Below are positions 40,628-51,878 of a DNA stretch of 64,000 bases, in pieces (the first letter of the stretch is position 1; each line of letters starts with the position of its first letter). The notes under the pieces were generated by a model. The model searched no databases. It was given only the letters and a program-made list of their open reading frames with translations, and was not told where the DNA came from. Made by a program: the position numbers and the translations under genes. The stretch is from Klebsormidium nitens (Eukaryota > Plantae > Klebsormidiophyceae): positions 126,722 to 190,721 of the forward strand of contig DF237065.1 of NCBI GenBank assembly GCA_000708835.1, written 5' to 3'.

Positions 40628-41490
40628 GAGCTAACTGTAGACATAGAAACTGTAACCAAAGGTACTGCAGCTTGCCAAGGTCCTAGAGGGGCGGCCACGA
40701 TAAGGAGTGCACTGATACCAAAAAATCTATAGACTGAGCTCAATGATCAAGGCCGATTGCTTTGATTGAAGTGGAGTTGCATTTTATGCAACTGCTATCG
40801 AGTAGTTCCTAATTTCATGTATTCCCCCACGGTCATGATGACTACCATGATACTGTACTAGGCTAACTTACTTTGCAATGGAGAATTGAGGTTTTCTGGC
40901 CATGTCAAGATTACGAGTGGTGGACTTCGCAACCCAACACATCGTACGTCATCTAGTCAACCTTGTGTGTCTTCTTATGATTGTAGATTGCTCGCTCAAT
41001 CCAGAGCAAAACCTCATGATTATTCAACGGCATGATCGCTCCATCTCATGTGCGGGATATATAGGTTTCGACTCTAGCCGGCGCAGCGGTCCACGCTGAG
41101 GCTTCCATGCACATGGTGATGTTGCATGTGCAGTGCACTCTAGCTCAAGTTCTACGATGATCGGTGCACATAAGACCCGGCCGGACCAGAAGACTTGAAC
41201 TAACTGGTGATTGGTTCGTGCTTTATAATAGGCGGTTGTCTCGTTTACGGACAGTTGAATTCGTCCCGTACATGCCGCCCTTGCCATGCATGTCCGGATT
41301 GCAGCAAGTCGTTTAGATTATATCCAGGTCCAATGGTCGTTGAACCTACAACTATATCGACATGATAGCCAACGAAAGTCACTGGCCCGGACGCAGTTGT
41401 GGCGTGCCGCCCTGGCGCATGACGTTTAGTGTGAGAATCGTATCAGAAAGAAACTAACTTCTTTCCGCATGAAAACTTAATTTCGAATAA

Positions 41491-44400
41491 TTATGACCAG
41501 CGCCGCTTGTCCTCATCAGAGTCCACAGGATGATACCAGTCCGGCGGTTTCACATGCGGGCTCAGCCGATAGTTCAACAGCACTTCCTCATCTTTTATCT
41601 CTTTTGACGCTATAAGCACAAGCGTCCGCACAACGTCCGGCCGCCGCACACGTTCCCCCGGTCGGTCCAGATTCTGGTCGTCATCGTCCCTCGTCTCCCA
41701 GATCGACCGATAGCCTATCGGCGTATCCGCCCTCTTCTGGGGCCCCTTGTCGGGGCAAAGCGTATTGGGGACATACGGCCGCAACTCGTCCATACCCGGG
41801 CCGCTTACGTGGAAGTCGTATGGGCAGACAACGACGTTTGGCGCCACGCCCTCCTCTGGGTGGTTGGCAAAGTGAGCGAGCGCCAGGGGGTGTCTCGTCT
41901 CTAGCAAAGTGCCCTGAGAAGATCTCTTTGATCCGGTGCGGCCCTCTCCGACGGCAACCAGCCTCCACCAACCCAAGCCCCCGCTCGCGCCTCCTTTTAC
42001 AACTTGGTCTCTCGTTCCGGCTTCCGGATCTAGCCCATTTTCGTTGGAATGCGCAGTCGTGCTTTCGACTGGCAGCTTCTCGACCAATTCTTCCCGGTCA
42101 CTCACACTCATGCCTCCACTTCTCTGTCCACTCCCCTCTGTCGACACGCCGGTCTCCCCCGATTGACCTTCCACGTTTGTCCGCTCAAAGCGCACCGCTG
42201 TCCCCCCCGAAACCTCTGATTCAGCATCGCGCCCCGAAGTCCCCGCACCCTCCTCCACACAGATCTCCTCAAGACTCGGCACCCCATCCCAGTGAAACCT
42301 CCGGTCCCCTCCCGCGCCCCACGGTTTCGCGTCGATCACGACGCCGTCAAACCGGGCAATGAAGTACGGGTTATCCCGGCCGATCCTGGAGATAAAGTAG
42401 TATTGCCTTGATGTTGGTGATGATAAATAGGGTTACGGCACGTTGGGTAAGGTCAGTGCCCGGGGGACAATTAGTAATTAGCTTGGGGGTTAGGGTGGGT
42501 ACGGATGCGGAGCACGTAACTTTAGATTCGGGCCCCGAGGAACGAATGTACCTCGATCAAGGCCTAAGTCGAGGCAAAGTCGAGTCAGCTTTGGGTTACG
42601 ACTTTGGCTTTTTTGCGTCCAGGAGCACGTCTATCTCGACATAGGCCTAGATGAACGCAAGCTCGGAGCTTCTGGAGGTTACCTGGGGTAACCGGGAATT
42701 TGGCGATACTGGGAGGGATCGTAGATTACGCCCGGGTAGAGGCCGACCACGGACCCTGGAGTAGCGACACCGGACAGAAAGAGGCCCGTCCCAGCGTCCG
42801 CGTGCTTGACCTGCAAGCCCAAACAAACGATTAATCGTAGCTTCGTAGGAAGGAATTCCAAGGTTGTCAGCAAACTTAAGAATATGGAGGCTTTAGAAGA
42901 TGTTGTAGATGCCGCCCGGGTAAAGGGCGACCAAAGACTTTGAGATGGCGACGACGGAGAAGAAGAGGCCCGTCCCTTCGTCCGCATGCTTGACCTGCGT
43001 GTCCGAAAAACGGTTAATCGTAACCATTTGTGGCGATTCCAGGGTTGTCTGGGGTAAACAAGAACCGGCGGGATCAGAGAATTCGTAGATGACGCCCGGG
43101 TAAAGGAAGACAACGGACCCCGGGAGTGCCGGGCAAGGAGAGGCCCAATCAGGGTCCGCGTGCTTGAGCATCTGCACAAAGGGCTGCTATTCTGGGTATG
43201 AGGTTTTAGGGAGTGTGGTTCTACGAGGAAGAACTTGCAATGGGGCCTTATTCAGTAACATTGTAAAAGACATCGATCTCAGAAGGGTTTGAGCGTTTGA
43301 TCTAAGAACAGAGGCGCGCTTCGACTCAGAAACACTGTTGACCGCTGTTGAGAACTCAGTTGCGAACACAAAAAGGCGTGCTTTAAACGAGACAGCCTTT
43401 CAAAGAAACTGAACCCTCAAACGACGTCCGTCTATTCCAATTTGCTCCGCACGACCTGCAACAACGTGGCCAACCCTCCCTTGTACGAACGAAAAACCGT
43501 AATCAACCAATCGACGGTTGCACGAAATGCCACTAGAGTAAAGAGACTTTGAAAGTTCGATCCTAAACTAGATAGTCGGGAAACGGCTCCCACCTTCGAC
43601 GGCGCAAGCCGGAGCGTGTACCCCAGCGCTGCGCGCAGCTTTTCGGACAGTTCTTCTCTCGAAATTGTTCGGACGTCCGTTTTCAGATCGCTGCCGGGCT
43701 GGTGCGACGCGCCCCCTCCGACAGCCATTCCGAGGCCGCTCTGCCGTTTTGTGCGCGAGAGCCGCTCGCGCACCTCGATCTGGGCCTGTTCCCACCCGGG
43801 AGTCAAGGCACTGTGGAGCAGTCGGGAGATGGCGACGATCTGGCGATGTACATTCTCCTGCAAAGGTGACTAGGGGATCGAGCGAGGAAAATAGGGGAGG
43901 AATTGAGACGGAAGGTTTGTTCGGGCTTCGGTGTTCGAGAACAACCTTGTGCACAGGTGGGTTCGAAATCTGGGAAAAGGAATGGGTAGGAGTTGAAGCG
44001 AAGAGATTGTTCGGGCTTCGTAAGGTGACAGAACTCAAGCGGAGATTGAAGAAGAGGTGGGAGCTTGAGGAAAGGACCGACACCGTGAACTATCTTGTGG
44101 GTCAACCTGGAGCCTGCCAAGATGGGTTAGGGTGCACCGTGATTCAAAAGAGCGGTACAAAATGGTGAGAGCAGGAAAAGGGACCGCCGGTGGGAAGAGT
44201 ACGTGTCAAATCGTACACACGAGCGTCCCAAACCCAGCAATTGTCCAAAGCTTTGGACACAGGTTTCTGCTTGGGCGGTTACGAGCTGTATTATAAGCGA
44301 GGAGCTGGAAAAGCCGTGACTGGAAAGTCGTCGACAACTGCCGAGGTCCTGTACAGTTGTAGCGCTCAAACCGTCAGATTGATGCATTGAGTTTCCATAA

Positions 44401-46153
44401 TGGGGTGCCGAGATGGATCAGTCTCTCATTCAGTGCAGCGGTTCGTCTAAATTGGCAGCGGTTCGATCTGGGAAGACAGCCGTTCAACTTGGAAAAGCAC
44501 CTGGTAAGTGCGACTTTCCTCACTTTTTTGCTCAGGTTTGTCTGCAACTCTCCTCGGCTATAGCAATAATCGTTAATAATCGTTAATACTCGTTAAACAA
44601 TATATCAATGTTCAAAGAAAGCGGGACGCACGGACCTGTACTTGCTTCTTTTGCTCCTCAAAAGACGTCTCATCGGCCTCCTTTTGGATGACGTCAGTTG
44701 CTAGAGCGGTGCCTTGCTGCTCACATGCCTTGTACCTGCGGAGTACGGAGCCCCAGCATAAGATAGTTCAAAGACTTGCAAAAAAGCAGAATCGTATTGT
44801 TGCAGTTTTCTTTGTTCAATGAGAAGGTACAATGCGCTGTGCAGCTCTTGCTTAAACTCCAGCTGATCCCAGAGTGAAATAGGATCTACATGGGTTTATA
44901 TGTGACAACTTCGGAATTCTGTGAACCTTAGGTTATCAGTTCGGACCAAGAACAGATTCTACGTGGATGCATGTGTGACACAACTGAAAAATGAAGTGGC
45001 CACGCTAGAAGGAGAGGGGACACAGAGAAAAAGGGGATTCCAAAAGTATGGCCATCCCTTTCCCCAAAAGTCGAAGTCTGATTTCATGTAAGAGCTAAAT
45101 GGATGGCGGCACTAGCTTACTTTGATTCAGGCACGATGAAATGTCCCTAATGTTTTCCGGAAGCTCAGCACAAGGAGGACCGTACAAGTCGAAAGGAGCA
45201 TGCAATTAATGCAACAAAGGAGGGTTTGGCAATCTTGAGATTAAATTCCCCTCTTCACCCCTCTGCAAAGGATCACATCGCAATGAAATTGGCTACGGTG
45301 CCAAGGGCAATTTGGTGAATGGACTTACCTTGTGAGCAAGAACAGCCTGTGCGTGTCAATCTCCTGCTGAAGTCGCCGCTTATTCAACTTTTGAAAGAAC
45401 GAGGATGGGGAGAACGCATCGAGCAACTGCACAGGACAACATTTGGTGTGATATCAATCTGAGCTGGTCGAGACTCAGACAAGTGAAGGTTGCATAATTT
45501 GAAGTGGAGGTATCGTCGGTCGCCAGTTGTTCTAAGGTGGGATTCTACCATAGCCCGACAGAGCAGATAGTTGGACTCTTCTTTGCTCAAGCCCCATCTC
45601 CTGATTGCAGGCGGTCTATTTGCCAGAGAAGCACAGAGCTGTGCAACTAGTTGGCAATATCAGCCCTGAAGGTGGCGGCTAGTTCAGAGCGGGTACAACC
45701 CAGCTGGCGCCATTAAAATCTCTTCCATGCAGTCCTACTACATGCAACTGAATCACTTCCAAGCACTGGTCTGGCCCTGTCAAGCGATTTGTTGTCAGTA
45801 ATTGTCTGATGAGAAGGTGGTGCAGCGTCTGCCTGATGCCTGCAACCGGCGCCAGCATTCTCCACGCCTGGAACTGACCTTCTTGAACATCTTGCTCACT
45901 GCCGCCAAGCAGGGGCCCCCGCCACAGCGAGTGGACTGATTGCAGCAAAATGCACTGTCAAAATGCCAAGCTTCAGCAGTTGCATGGATTTGCTAGCTAG
46001 GTACTTGTACCAAGGAAGACGGCCCCAATGCTGCCAGGAAACCGATGCGCCTCCCCTTCTTGAACCAGTATTGCTAATTGGAAGTAAGGTGCCAGCGTTC
46101 AGGAGTTCTGCTAGCATTTCACCATGGTCAGAAGTAAACCTGGAGCTTACCAT
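41491..46153 (-). CDS. SETD9: SETD9/C5orf35-like SET-domain protein (At5g23200-like)
   Basis: Exons 46153-46151 (ATG only, tentative), 45426-45329, 44735-44636, 43857-43594, 42810-42683, 42385-41491. Motifs QENVHRQ, LGYTL, GTGLFL, LYPGVIY, IPGYPR, NPYFIARFDG, HPLALAHFANHP, NVVVCPYDF, EEVLLNYRLS and WYHPVDSDEDKRRWS. Confidence 0.88.
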
Positions 46154-46505
46154 GTCTCAGGAGGTCGGCAATTCTCACGTCTCTCGGCTGCTACGGTTTC
46201 TATGACTATTCGACTGTCTGCCTCTATGACTGTAACCATTACCAGGCACTTCGACGCTCAATTGTAACCTGGGTGAACCTGGGCAGCTTTCCTAAACCAA
46301 AAATGGCACTTGAACCATGTTGGGTGGCCAGCCAGAACTTTTTCATGGCAGAAATCCATTCAAAGCAGCGCAACCGAGGTGTGTTGGGCGCTGTGATCAG
46401 CAGAGCCTGTGACCTTTGGACCCTGGATCTAAGGTATTGTGCCTGTTTCTTGCTGGCTAGTTGCTGTCAAAGGCGTGTCACCTCTTCTAAGAACCAGGCA
46501 ACTCA

Positions 46506-49500
46506 ATGGCGGCGAGTGGTAACTCAAAAGGCGATGAGCAGACAGAGCCAGAAGTGAGGAGCGACTCGCGTGCAGAAGCTCAGAATGCCAAAGGCAAGTT
46601 ATGGCAGTAAACTCTGGAGAGTGACCTTTCCAATAAAAAATGTCAGAGAATGTGTCGCACCGACTTGTTCCGCTATGCCTGCCAAGTCATCTGTTTGGCA
46701 GCACCTACCAGAAGCAGCATTGGCTTTCACGGATGTCCTTGGAGAGTATGATGGGTGTGTGACAGCACAGTCAAAAAGGTTTGCTCCCGAGAAAAAGAAA
46801 TTCTGACTGGCCGTAACAATGTCTGTGAATTGCCCATGTCTTTACTGATGCGGGCCACCTGTAACCTTGAACGCCGTGTCACCTTCTTGTTGCACGATAT
46901 TCCTTGATCCGAGTCTGCTTACGACATGTGGAAGGGCGTCCAACCAAGCACAGAGTTTTGAGGGAACGTATTGATGTTCACAGTGAAGCGTTATGAGTGA
47001 ATACAATGATCAGAGCTTCAGTATCCACGGCATGCGCCCCGCCTGAGTGCCATTCCAGTTCCTGTCTGGTCAGTCAAGTGCTACTCTCTGCTCTCGCTTT
47101 TCCGGCACCTCCTGCTACAATTCAGCAACCCCTTGGAGGGCGCAGTTGTATCATCCATGGTCTTGTTGCAACATCTCTAAGAAGTGCTATTTTGTTTGAC
47201 ATTTTATCAATCCTCAATCCCCTAAAGCTGGCCAAGTGTTCCAAGCCCCGACTCCCGGAACTGACAAGTTTGCTGTCATATTTCCAGGTCCGCCTTCGCC
47301 AGAAGAGCAAGTCGACCTCAAGGACACGGTGGTCCCCTTCACATCGCCACGGCAACCTCCCCGAGAACCCGCAACGATAACCACGCAAGGGAAGGACCCA
47401 CATGTCTTGGGCCCCCAGGTTCTGGCGTTTGCAGACCAGGCCAGCTGGGAAGAGGGGCTAGGGGCTTGCGAACGGGTGAGTTTCGTTTTGAAAGCTGATA
47501 GGTTGAGTTACTTAGCTGATTGTTGTAGGATAACATTCAGGGCGGTGATCAGACCTGCAATGTTTGGTTGTGGACAAAGCGCAAAGATACATACGAGTGC
47601 GCCGGGTATTTATGACCAACAACGTTGACTTGAAAATGACCATTCTTAGCCGTGGGGTGAGTACCAGCTTTACTGCGTCAAGGCGTAAAACCCCCAGTCC
47701 TCAACCTTGTAAAACTTCGGTTCTCAGGAAACATCATCACCCGACAGCTATATTGAAAGGCCATTTTTCTGGTTGAACAGGTTGCGACTGGTCAGTGCGA
47801 GAAAGGTGCGCGCATGGGCTGCTCCGTTACAGCTGCCCGGAAATGCCAGCCGAACTGGTTCCAGCGATTGCCTATGTTCAAGAAGAAAAGGTGAGGCTTT
47901 CCGATTCCAACTCTGTTGGTTCATTCTTCAAAGGCTCCCAACTGTGCATGGTGGGGTGAATCTGAAAATGACGAAGTAGAAAGAATTTGACCCCGACTGA
48001 CTTCGTGGATCAGAAGCTTGTTGGTTTGCTCAAGAGAGCGCTGAAGAGAGCGATTCCAAATGAACAAGATGAATATTGACGATGTTCGAAGCATTTCTTG
48101 GCCAGATTCAGTCGCCTACTGTGAGAAGTCGCTGATGCAGAGTCAGTAGTCAAAGAAGGAATTCTGATAACGATTACAATTAAAACGCAATAGATCCAAG
48201 CCGTTCGTTTGTTGACCTCATCAGCTCGTCCTCAGATCTCGCCTCGTTCCTCACCGTTTCTCTGCTTTTCGATTGTTTCCCTTCTCATCCGCTTGGAACA
48301 CCATTCATTTCAGGTCCTTCCAAATCGCTCCTCTTTTTGAGTGTAGTCGTTTCTGTTGTGTATCCGAAGGATTGAGTTTCTTTCTGGTACGGCACCCGTT
48401 CCGTTTGTTTTTGAGTAACCGTGTCATTTGGTTATAAGTAGCCGTTCCAGTCCACTCTGCTGTTCCGGATCTAGGCAAGCCCAAGGATCGAAAGGCTCAG
48501 GACTAATGTCAGTCCGCAGTCGTAGCTAGATCGTGCCGTGGGTGCGATCCATCTGTTACATGCTCCAATCCATTCCGTTTCTTTTCGTTCCGTTTCTGTC
48601 CGTTCCGATCCACTTTTACGTGCTTCCGCAACACGCCCAAGGTTACGAACTCTGAAAGAAACGTGTCAATCGCCCCAGTTCGAGGCATGCTTCAATGAAG
48701 CTCGTCAACTTCATCTCCTCCATTTTGTGATCTACTCTGTTCCAATTCCATAGCAACAGAACTTCCTGTACCTGTGGCACTCCGCTCGAAAGCGTGGCGG
48801 AACTATGACTCTCGCGAAGATAAGGCGTGCTTGTATAAAACTCTTGAAACTTCGTTCAAGTTACTCTATTCTGATTCACCAGTTTGTTTCGTGCTAATCG
48901 TACATTTGTGGAAACTTGCAGCACGCCCGAGACCGTGGCAGCGCAGGAGCAATGTGAGTCGCGCGAGTTCGAGGCGTGCTTCTCGAAGGCGAGCCAAAAG
49001 TGCGCCGAGCACTCGCGGACACTCTGCGGCGACGTTTATGGGGGCGCGCGGATCGCCGGGAAAGATGACGTCATGCTGATCACGGCGTGGGAGGACGACG
49101 ACGAGTCCAACGAGATCCGGCAACTGCAAACTGGCGAAAAGGTGATTAGCAGCTCTAAGGGTGCGCCGTGGATGCCGCCTGCCTTGGGGGAGTCTATAGA
49201 AACCCAGGTCCCGGATGAGAAGGACGCGGAGAGGCGGCGGAGTGGGAGAAAAGCTAGGAGCGCGTCACGTGGGGGGGTAGAAAGCGCCGCAAAAGAAGGG
49301 GGGCGGACGAACGATTCACAGTCGGGGGGGTTGTGGAACAGCGAAGAAGCCTCTGAAGGTGGGGGAGTGGGGCGGCCTCGGGATGCGTCGAAAGCGGCGT
49401 TGGAAAAGGATTTGAAGCAGGTGACCGGGACGGACGGGGTCGCTTATAGGGTTGTGAGAATAGGCGGGCGGACGGGGCCCGACGGGAAGCCGCTAAAGGC

Positions 49501-49654
49501 GCTCCAGAGCCTGAAAGACGGGTCGGTGAAGTTTATGGATGCGGACGGTCAGGTCAAGAAGCTTGCAGGTCGGGAAAAGAAAACCGGGAAGCGCGAGCAG
49601 GCAGGGGGAGAAAAGGGGGGGGTCGTTGCGAATCGGGGCTTGAAATCACGGTGA
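46506..49654 (+). CDS. Conserved plant Cys-motif protein of unknown function (At5g64680-like) with a charged C-terminal extension
   Basis: Exons 46506-46593 (GC donor AAAG|GCAAGT, tentative), 47288-47475, 47781-47890, 48922-49654. LAFADQASW..CERVATGQCEKGARMGCSVTAARKCQPNWFQRL and QCESREFEACFSKASQKCAEHSRTLC..ARI resemble the recalled family pattern. Confidence 0.72.
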
Positions 49655-51243
49655 CTAGCGGTAGACTGAGCGATGTGTACTCAACGTGAGAGAGGGCACA
49701 GCCTGGGGGTTACGGGAGCAATTTGGACAGTCGACAAAATATTGAGAGTCGCCTCGATGTACAGGTCCAAAGTCATTGGATTGAATTGCAGTATCTTGTA
49801 AGACCGGCCCTCAGATGTGAATGGTTGGCACAACTTTTCGCGGCAACGCTCATGATCCTCACATTGAGGAGCCCATTTTGACGGTCTATGCACGCAGTTA
49901 AGTGGTTGAGAGGCAATCATACCTAGCTAATGGGCCCTTCGATCAGCAAATTCTCGACCGGATCGTCGAAGCTGACTCACAGTCATTCATGCAATGAATG
50001 CCAAGCGAGGCACGGGTCTGCTCCTGGCACGTAATCAAATGGCAGATATTTAATCACGAACGCACAATACCCACTGGTGCAGACGAGATACAGAAACCGA
50101 TGTGTTATTAAACTCGTATACTGAGCGCTGCGCACGTGCGGGATTACTCCATGCATCATTTATTTGGCGTCGAAGCGTGAAGCATTCGTTATACTGCAAA
50201 GCCGTCAAGGTTTGGGCCCGCGGGTCTCGACGATCGCGCGGTCCAACGTTGAGCCTATATTCTAAAACTTGATTGAAGCTGATTTAGCTACCGACTGAGA
50301 GTGATCGCTGTTAGTCAAGGCAAGCTATACGGCATGCATGTTTACCATTGACTAATATCAAACAATGACGGTTGCCCATGTACGTAAAATCGCGCTGCTG
50401 TATACGAGCGTCCTTTACTCCTTATCCGTGCATGAACAGTTTGGATTGGCCCGTTTAATGTACGTAAGGCGTACATCCTGGGTCAGTGTATGGCGCCGGA
50501 GTTGCACGCAGGCAGAACGTGCTGCTGGCAGCAAATTGCTACAGAATGATGAAACGTCACTGATGTAGACTGACCCTGTTGTTGATCCGCCGGCCACTTC
50601 AGTTCGAATCTTAGAACGTGGAAACCTTTGGGTGCGATGTAGCCGGAGACTCCATGCATAGTCGGGCATCAAATTGGACACGGACATCTTTATGACGAGC
50701 AGGCTTCATGTCAATGGTCTCGGAGTCGATGCGTATCTGGCCCACTGTCCAGCCCCATCCAGATGATGCACAAACCATGCAGTAAACCTGATTATCAGGC
50801 GACCATCTATTAGCGTGCAATAAATGGCAACAACCTGAAATTGTGTCGTCGTCTTATCAATGTTGCTCTAAAGCTGGCGGCGTATTATGGTTTACAGGAT
50901 GCTGCGGCTGTAGTCGATGTTGACGTCATCAGTAGAGGCACTTTTAACAACTGCTGACGGCTTCCAGACTTTAAAGAGCAATTAATCATTTGGCTTCTGC
51001 GGTGCACACTTGTTGCGAAGTTGCTGTCATGTCTCTACAGGCCACTTTGATAGTTCTACGCCTTGACTATCCAATCTGTTCACTTGACAACGGGCACGAA
51101 TTTTTTCAAGAAGATGGAGCTTGAAAAAGCAGAGGAGGAGAAGCTGCAACTCAGTTCGCTGTATGTGTCAAAAATGCTACCGGACACAACGAGCCGCCCT
51201 GGTTTTGAGAAGTGTCACTTTCTCAAAGAAGACTGATTACCAC

Positions 51244-51878
51244 CCAGTTGTACACCGCACCGATCAGGGTACAGCACTCTTTCGTGGCTTGTCGGGCAGC
51301 CTCTGCATACGTCACCGTGACTTCTTCGGATCGAGGTAGCTGCTCATACCCCCTTCTCAGCTCAAAACCGACCCTGATCCTCGTTGTTTCCCTGTCGCCT
51401 AAGCTGTCAGACTCCAATTCCGCTTCGTTGCTAAATCTCGTCTTCTTTTCCGTCTCAACAAAGTAGTCCAGACCGGTGGATAAGGGCAACGGCTCGTTCT
51501 TTGACTCCTCTGCTGCATGACCTACTTTTTGCAGCACGTCACTGTCGTGCAGAACGAAGGAAATGCTCAGTTTATCCGCAGGAAGGCTGCTGGTTGCAAA
51601 GGACGGGGATGCGTCTAACTTGATGGCTCCATAGACGTGCGGCACACTGGGGTGATCAAAGGAGGCCTTTGAGTCCGTCCCTCCTGCCCTTGAAGCCAGC
51701 CGTTGTTTCTCACGCGGAGTTGCGTTGCTGCTCCCTTGTTCAAAGAGGTCTCCATGATCTCGAGCGGTGCCTATGGGAGGCAAGTCCTTTCTCGAGGCCT
51801 TGGGATCGATCAACTTCACGTCTCCGATTGCACTCTTCCTTCGGATGATGGCTCTGTCTTTGTCCTTCTTGGGAGAAG
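51244..51878 (-). CDS. Probable internal coding exon of an unidentified gene
   Basis: Stop-free 233-codon ORF with protein-like composition. Acceptor tccttcttgcag at 51879-51880 and possible donor after YNW near 51243. Flanking exons not resolved. Confidence 0.4.

Noticed and set aside
43568-44168. Several overlapping long ORFs in GC-rich regions (also 4629-5189, 14362-14848, 41820-42362)
   Set aside because: Shadow frames of real exons caused by high GC3.
44413-44503. Plus-strand ATG..G|GTAAGT mini-exon that would make two genes interleave
   Set aside because: A closer first exon at 46506-46593 with a strong GC donor gives the same phase and a simple divergent layout. Only RNA data could revive this.
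45896-46150. Weak RT-like words (LLNAGTLLP, WYKYLA) in SETD9 intron 1
   Set aside because: Too short and scattered, with no YADD-type core.
47122-47403. Minus-strand ORF with GDHRVLEVDL..WKYDSKLV, resembling a LINE endonuclease end
   Set aside because: It is antisense to exon 47288-47475 of the At5g64680-like gene, which has matching splice sites and family motifs.
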